Assembly (NCBI RefSeq): GCF_000372725.1
Contig: NW_005201249.1
Location: forward strand, 148,198 to 212,197
Direction: 5' to 3'
From: Emiliania huxleyi CCMP1516
Taxonomy: Eukaryota
DNA: 64,000 nucleotides
Every line of letters begins with the position of its first letter. Position 1 is the stretch's first letter. Both the position numbers and the translations under genes were made by a program. Positions 57,772 to 64,000 of the stretch are shown in pieces. A model generated the notes under the pieces. The model had not been told where the DNA came from. It ran no database searches and saw only the letters and a list, made by a program, of their open reading frames with translations.

Positions 57772-60700
57772 CTACTCGCAAACACACAGGCAATCCGTCA
57801 GCGGGCTACAACGGCTCGCACACAGAAACAGCCGAGGGGCGCTCACCGGCTGCTTCTCGTAAACGTCCTTGATGATGGACGCCGGCGGCTGGCCAAGCAC
57901 GTGCAACGGCTCGCCCACCGCCTCTTTGACGTTGTCCATCAGTGCTTCCAACGAGCGCCCCTCGTCGTGCCCGCCCTGAACAGCGCGCGGGCTGTGGGTC
58001 ACGAGCTGGCGCGGTGCGGGTACTAGCAAGCGCGAGCGAGCAAGCACCGGGTGATCGGCGGGCACGCTGTCCGAAGAGGCGATGGCTGCAAACGAGCTGC
58101 TGGTGTCGTCGCCGCCAATCTCGCAGAAGCCGTTAAGCGATGCCGGCGCGATCGGCGTTGTGACTGTGGGAAAGGAAGTCGGGGACTCGTGCCACTGCGA
58201 GGAGAGAAGCGCGGAGGTGGCAGGGTACGAGGAGAGCGCAAACGCGGTTCCGAGGCAGAGCAGCGCGAGGATGCCAAAGAGGCGGAGCAAGTAGGTCGGG
58301 CAGAACTTGGGCCAAGAGAACCAGCCGGAGGCAGAGACGGAGCCCTCCGGCGTGGTAATCGTGGTCGTCTCGACGTTGGCCGTCGCGCCCTGAACAGGAG
58401 GGCGGGAGACTGGCGGTTGAGCGGCGAGCGGGGGAGGAGGCCGCATGTATGCAGGCGGCGAGCACCGAGTCTGTGGTCGACGGCGTGGAGCCGCGGGGCA
58501 CCTTGCCGGTGCCGCCGAGGATGCCCTCGTTGCCGTCCATTCCGATCAGGGCCCCGAACCGGTTGTTGCCGCCGACCGGGGCGATGCTCTTGGTGCGGAC
58601 GATCGGGGCGGACGCGCCCTTGCGCCCCTTCTTGCGGCGCGGGTTCGACGGCGTGGTCCTGTCGGGGATGCCCTGCGCACGCGCAAGCGGTGGGTGCGTC
58701 AATAGTTGAGGCTCTGCAACTACAACCGCAGCGTGCGAGGCGCTCACCGCCGGGGCGAGCTTCTCCGCTGGCGGAGACTCCTTGGCCGAGACGGTCCAGT
58801 CGGCGTCGCCCTACGTGCAATGAAAGCGGGGTGCAAGTGAAGGAGTGGGTTGGCAGACGCGCGGCGCAGAGTGCGCGGCGCTCGCCGCTGGAAGCTCCTT
58901 GATCGACGGCAGCGGCGCGCCGCCGGCGGTGACCGGCTCGAGAGCCGGCGCGTCTTCGGTGACCGGCTTGAGAGCTGGCGCGTTTGTGGTGACGCCGGTT
59001 GGGGCCGTCTTCGGGTCGGTCGGGCGGTCGGGCCGTCTTCGGGCCTTTGAGTTGCGGCGCCACATCACCGTGCCGATGGCGCCGCAGGCGATGGCGAGGA
59101 GGATGAGCACGATTGCGGGCATGAGAAGCGGCGAGCAGCTCACGAGCGAGGACGCCGTCGAGGCGACGGCGGGCGAGAAGGCCGAGGACGCCGCGGAGGC
59201 GACGCCGGATGAGAAGGTAGAGGACGCCGACGAGGCGACGGAGGCTGCCGAGGCGACGGCAGACGAGAAGGACGAGGCCACCGCCGTCGGGCTAGGCACG
59301 GCGGACGCGCAGTGGCCAAAGGCGGGCATGCAGACGAGGAGCAGCCACCGGAGGGCGCCCGCGGCCTTCGTGTAGCCGCCCCGCACGCAGTTGGCCGCCG
59401 CCTTGAGGGCGGCGCGACCGCCGGCGCCGCATGTGCCAGCGGCGGCGCCGCACGTGCCAGCGGCGAATGGCGCCTTGCCGGACGTGGTCTGCGGCTCGCG
59501 GCGCCAGTTCGGGCAGCGGCCGCGGCCGTTTGCCTTGCCAGACTTGCGCCTGCCCTTTGCCTTGCCAAACTTGGGGTTGTTGCGGCAGCGCATGGCCTTG
59601 CGCCGGCACTTCCCCGAGCGCCGCGACTGCAAGTCCGCCCACTTCTCCCGTTGCTCGGCAATGAGATCGAGCGCGGCCTTCGCCTTCTTGCGAATGCCCT
59701 CCCAGTGCTCGCGCTCCTTGGCGGCCTCGGCCTCAGCCTGCCCCGCGCCCGCGACCGCGCTCAGGGGCCTGGGCGCCACGGGCGCAATGCCGCCGGAGGT
59801 GGGGACTCCCGGCGACGGCGACTTCTCGCCGTCGGCGGGCGCAGCCTGGTAGCTGACGCTCTCGCCCAGCCGGCGGACTGCAGCCTCGACGCCGTCCGCG
59901 TAGCCCGGTCCGGAGCCGCTGCGGGCCGACGCGGGCCCGCTCTTCCCCGCCGCCATCGGCGTGGGCAGGCCCGGGTAGCAGGTGGTGTCCTGCAAGCGCG
60001 ATAGGGGCACACGGGAAGGGAGATTATTACCGGTGGGAGAGCGAGGAGTGCCAGGAGAGAATGCTGCGGCGCGCTCACCGCTGGGTCGGGCGGGTTGGAA
60101 ACGGTCTTGGCCGGCTTCTCGACCTCCTTGGCAGCCTCCTCGGCGACGGCCTCCTCGGCGACGGGCGCCTCGGCGACGGGCGCCTCCTGGGAGGCGGACA
60201 CCTCGGCGGCGGCGGGCTTGATGGTCGCCTCCTCGGCGGTGGCGGCCTCCTCGGCGACGACGGGCTCCTCGGAGGCGGCCTCCTCGGCGGCGGCGGCCTC
60301 CTCGGTGGCGGCGGACTTGGTGGCGGACTCCTCGGCGGCGCACTCCTCAGCGGCGGTCTCCTCGGCGGCGGCGGACTTGGCGGCGGCCTCCTCGGTGGCG
60401 GCCTCCTCGGTGGCGGCCTCCTCCTTCACGGCCACCTTCTTGCGCGCCAGCAGCCCGCGCGAGACGCGCTGCATGATCTTCGCAGCGCGCGGCTCCGCCA
60501 ACCCGATCTCGACGCTGGCCAGAAACACCGGCTTGGAGGCGTAGATGCTGTCCTCCACGACCATTGACCGGTCGGCCCGCTCCTGCATGGTAGGGGTACA
60601 CGGGAGAGAGATTAATACGGGTGGGTGGAAAGCAAGGAGTGCCAGGAGAGAACGCTGCGGCGCGCTCACCGTTGGGTCGGGCGTGTTGGAAACGGTCTTG

Positions 60701-61790
60701 GCCGGCTTCTCGACCTCCTTGGCAGCCTCCTCGGCGACGACCTCCTCGGCGACGGGCGCCTCCTCGGCGACTGCCTCCGCGGCGGCGGACACCTCGGCGG
60801 CGGCGGACTTGATGGTCGCCTCCTTGGTGGCGGACTCCTCGGCGACGACGGCCTCCTCGTCGGTGGCGGCCTCCTCCTTCACAACGACGTCGTTCTTGAT
60901 GCCGAGCGCCTGGGTGAGGGAGAATGCGCACGTGTTCGGAGAGACCGGAGGGACGATGACGATCCTGGCGTGCAAACGCGAACCTCGGCTATGATGAGGC
61001 GCGAAGACGGCGACGACCACGCCAGAATGAGGGAGGCGCAGGCCTCGGACTCTCTCGCCATGGCCACACGCCCCGCCAAAATCCGCTTGATCTGCTTGCG
61101 GCGGTTTTTCTTCCTCCACGACTTCGACTCGTCGTCCTCCACCTCAATGTGCCGCTTGTCGGGCGGGTTGGAAACGGTCTTGGCCGGTGCCGGCTTCTCG
61201 ATCTCCTTGGCAGCCTCCTCGGCGACGGCCTCCTCGGCGACGGGCGCCTCCTCGGCGACGGGCGCCGCGGCGGCGGACACCTCGGCGGCGGCGGACTTGA
61301 TGGTCGCCTCCTCGGCGGCGGACTCCTCGGCGACGACGGCCTTCTCGGAGGCGGCCTCCTGAGTGGCGGCCTCCTCCTTCACGACGACGTCGTCGTTGAC
61401 GCCGCACGCCTGCGTGAGGGAGAAACGTAAATGTAAATGTTTGGAGACGGGGACACCGCAGGGACAATGCCGATCCTGGCGTGCGCGTGCGCACCTCAGC
61501 TCCGAGCGAAGGCGGCAGCGTCAGGCTCGCGCGGCGGCGCTGATACCACTCCTCATACTCCGCACTGGTAGCGAAGTAGCCACCGACCTTGACGGAAGCC
61601 GTTGGCCCGAGCTCGGTCTGAACCTGGGCCCCCTCCGCGAAACAAAAGCTGATTGGCACCTTTGCGAGGCTCCGATGGAACACGTGGGGGTTGTCGAACC
61701 AGACCCCCTTTGTTGATCTCACAACCAAGAAAGCCGACTCGCCCTCGCTCTCATTGAAGTCGACCATGTAGCGCCTCTCCCTGCAGAGCA
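57772..61790 (-). CDS. Multi-exon low-complexity coding region (three Glu/Ala-rich repeats, IQ-like motif, TM segments); a separate gene or the 5' part of the receptor gene
   Basis: EEATIKSAAAEVSAAA..VAEEAPVAEEAVAEEAAKEVEKPAKTVSN occurs three times; AAKIMQRVSRGLLARKK; hydrophobic LLMPAIVLILLAIACGAIGTVMW and LFGILALLCLGTAFAL. Confidence 0.5.
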
Positions 61791-62064
61791 CATAAAAGCA
61801 ACCATAAAAGCAACCATCAAATATGAATTAATAAGATTGAGGCGCCCAGTACAGCGCTGCAGCTGCTGCACCAACTTCTGCAGATTGCGCATTCTTACTA
61901 TCGACTACTGCATATCACGCTAGTACGGTCGATTAGATTTCACGCTAGTACGGTCGATTACTGCAGATAAACGACTGCGGCCTGAGTACTATGATGATCT
62001 CGGGGAAGCTCTCAGGCAATGATCAGGTTGAAGAGGCCAGCCAGCGCCATCTTGGTACTTAGAA

Positions 62065-62430
62065 CTCACAGGCGCACGAGACGTGGAGGGCGTACCAGTG
62101 TGATCGGCTGAGAATGAGTGCCTGTAGAAATTAGCCATCGGCACGAGTGCATGAATGAGTAACTACCACAGCCGAAGTTTGTGAACGAGTGAGAATGAAT
62201 GACTAAGTAACTCGGCATCGGCGCATGAGATGTGCGTGGAGAGTGTACCCTGTTAATGGGTGAGAACGAATGATTAAGTAGTCATAGGCGCACGAGCGCA
62301 ACCTGTCAATGACGAGTGAAATTGAATGACATCTACCACAGCCGCGGCTTTTGAATGAGTGAGAATGAATGATTAAGTAGTAATTAGTCATAGGCGCCCT
62401 GTTACTGAGAATGGCTAACTGCCACAGACT
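62065..62430. repeat. AT-richer degenerate repeat region
   Basis: GTGAGAA(T/C)GAATGA(T/C)TAAGTA at about 62189, 62260 and 62359; CTACCACAGCCG twice; several AGGCGCACGAG-like motifs. Confidence 0.7.
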
Positions 62431-62734
62431 TGACACGTGTGACTAAATTGTGATTAGTCCCTAATAGAGATCTCGGAACCTCTGCGCGCGCAGCGGCAGC
62501 GCAGCGGAAGGAACACGCCTACGCGATCACAACCGTGTGAAAGAGAGTCAAAGAAGATGTCCTTTGTTTATGAGGGATCATGCGGGCTATGAAGGCATAT
62601 AATAAAATCTCGGGCAAACTCGGGCAACCTCGCCTGAAAAGACAGAAAAGGAAATCAAAGCGTCTGCTGCGCGATGCAGGACTAACGCAAGCTTGTTGAC
62701 CGGGAAGGTTCGAGCCTGAGAGAGTAGAGCTGCG

Positions 62735-62960
62735 CCTACGGGCAGCACGCCGCGGCGTGAGCGTCGCAACGACAACGTGATAGCTGCCGACACACTCTCA
62801 CGCGTCCACGGCGCTCGGACTGGAGCCGGGCGGCGAGCGAGCGAGCGGGCGTTGGCCGGCAGAACGGCCGCACCTACGGGCAGCACGCCGCGGCGTTAGC
62901 GTCGCGACGACCGGCACACTCTCTCGTGTCCTCGGCGCTCGGACTGGAGCCGGGCAGCGA
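62735..62960. repeat. Diverged direct duplication with 138-bp spacing
   Basis: CCTACGGGCAGCACGCCGCGGCGT...GGCGCTCGGACTGGAGCCGGGC at 62735 and 62873. Confidence 0.8.
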
Positions 62961-64000
62961 TTGGCAAGCAAGCGGGCTGCGTCGCTCTCTCGCCGGAAAA
63001 GAGTGGGGGCTATCGGGCGGGTTCGCTCGGTGTATGGGTGGGAAACGAGCTGCAGCGGCCGCGTCTCGCGGCTCCTCGATGGCAGCAGCCTCACCTGCGA
63101 ACGGGAGGTGGCAGGCATTGTGAGGCCGAGAGGGGCGTAGCCGCTCGGGCGCCAAGCGAAGCGCATCGCATGGTGGGAGCGGAGAGGGAGCGGCGCGGTT
63201 GCGCGAGCGAGATGCGTCGCGCCGCTCGGGCGGCTCGCCGCGGGCATATGTGCGTCGATACGGCGGGCCCAGCGCGAGCGGAACGGGAAAGGCGAGGGAC
63301 CTGGCGACGTCGAGGGGAACCGTCGGCCTGGGTGGAGGGGAACGTGCCGAGCTGTATGTAGGCTGCGATCAAAAAGAGCGCCTTCGGCACTACTCTCTCG
63401 AGGTCTCGCGGATCTTATAAATCAGCCGAACGGTATTTGTATTCAGCGGGGCACGCGCGGAACGGAATACGTGCCGACTGTGTATAACACTCGTGTCCTG
63501 CTGTCAAAAGCTCAAGAGTCAAGACAGGGACGTAGGGATCCCTAGAGCTCTACATGCGAGCCTCAAATTTTCTCTTCGGCTCGCTCCGCTCGCTTCTGTG
63601 CGCAAGAGCCGGGCCTCGCACGCCTGACGCCGGCGGCTCCTGGCCCTACTCTATGCAGAGAACCCAGCCGGGGCGGCCGCCGTAGCTCTCGGCCCAAACG
63701 TAGCCGTTTCCGTTCACCAGCGGTGGTGCGTTCTCGGCCGCAACCTCCTCGGTCATACCTTCGGTGTCGCGCAGTGGTCGGTGGTGGTCCCACCGTCGGT
63801 CGTCATGCCGAGCGCGACGCGCTCCTTGTGAGCCGCGAGCCATGCTGCGATTGATGCGTCGGCTCGCGCACTTGCTGCGTCCTGGCGCTTGTTGAAGTCT
63901 GCCGCCGCCTTCTGCCACTGCCGCTGCCGCAGCGCCCGCAGCCGCTGCAAGGTCTCGTCGGCCTCTCCATGGGCTCGAGGCAGATGGTGCACTCCTGTCG

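Noticed and set aside
62065..62430. CRISPR-like repeat-spacer array
   Set aside because: Repeats are degenerate and unevenly spaced, the intervening sequences resemble each other, there are no cas genes, and the context is eukaryotic.
63646..64000. RING-finger gene at the window edge (ECTICLEPM on the minus strand)
   Set aside because: Only one Cys pair is visible, the frame does not continue as a RING, and it is cut by the window end.
1..64000. tRNA or rRNA genes
   Set aside because: No cloverleaf or conserved rRNA motifs were recognised by eye; tRNAscan-SE or Infernal would be needed to exclude them.

Overview
Eukaryotic, very GC-rich genomic DNA with many short introns (often GC-AG) filled with 10-11 bp tandem repeats, plus two assembly gaps (22903-23250, 44495-44700). 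These traits fit a haptophyte alga such as Emiliania/Gephyrocapsa huxleyi; this is an inference, not a database result. Conventional genes include a plastid alpha/beta hydrolase, an ALDH22/Msc7-like aldehyde dehydrogenase, a class-3 lipase, TMEM65, a BTB-Kelch protein, F-box proteins and an OPR-RAP protein. Among them sit immunity- or cell-death-like architectures: (1) an intronless ankyrin + IRAK/Pelle-like kinase + C-terminal HEPN-like protein with the domain order of RNase L; (2) two MACPF/perforin-like loci, one intact and membrane-anchored and one pseudogenised; (3) a large beta-helix/Cys-rich multi-TM receptor ending in tandem TIR domains; (4) a six-ShKT protein ending in KDEL. The window also has 3' remnants of CRE-like (RLE) non-LTR retrotransposons, an inverted-repeat element, gene fragments, and several introns that look like an exon-start duplication plus repeat filler. 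All domain calls come from reading motifs by eye. Multi-exon gene boundaries are approximate.
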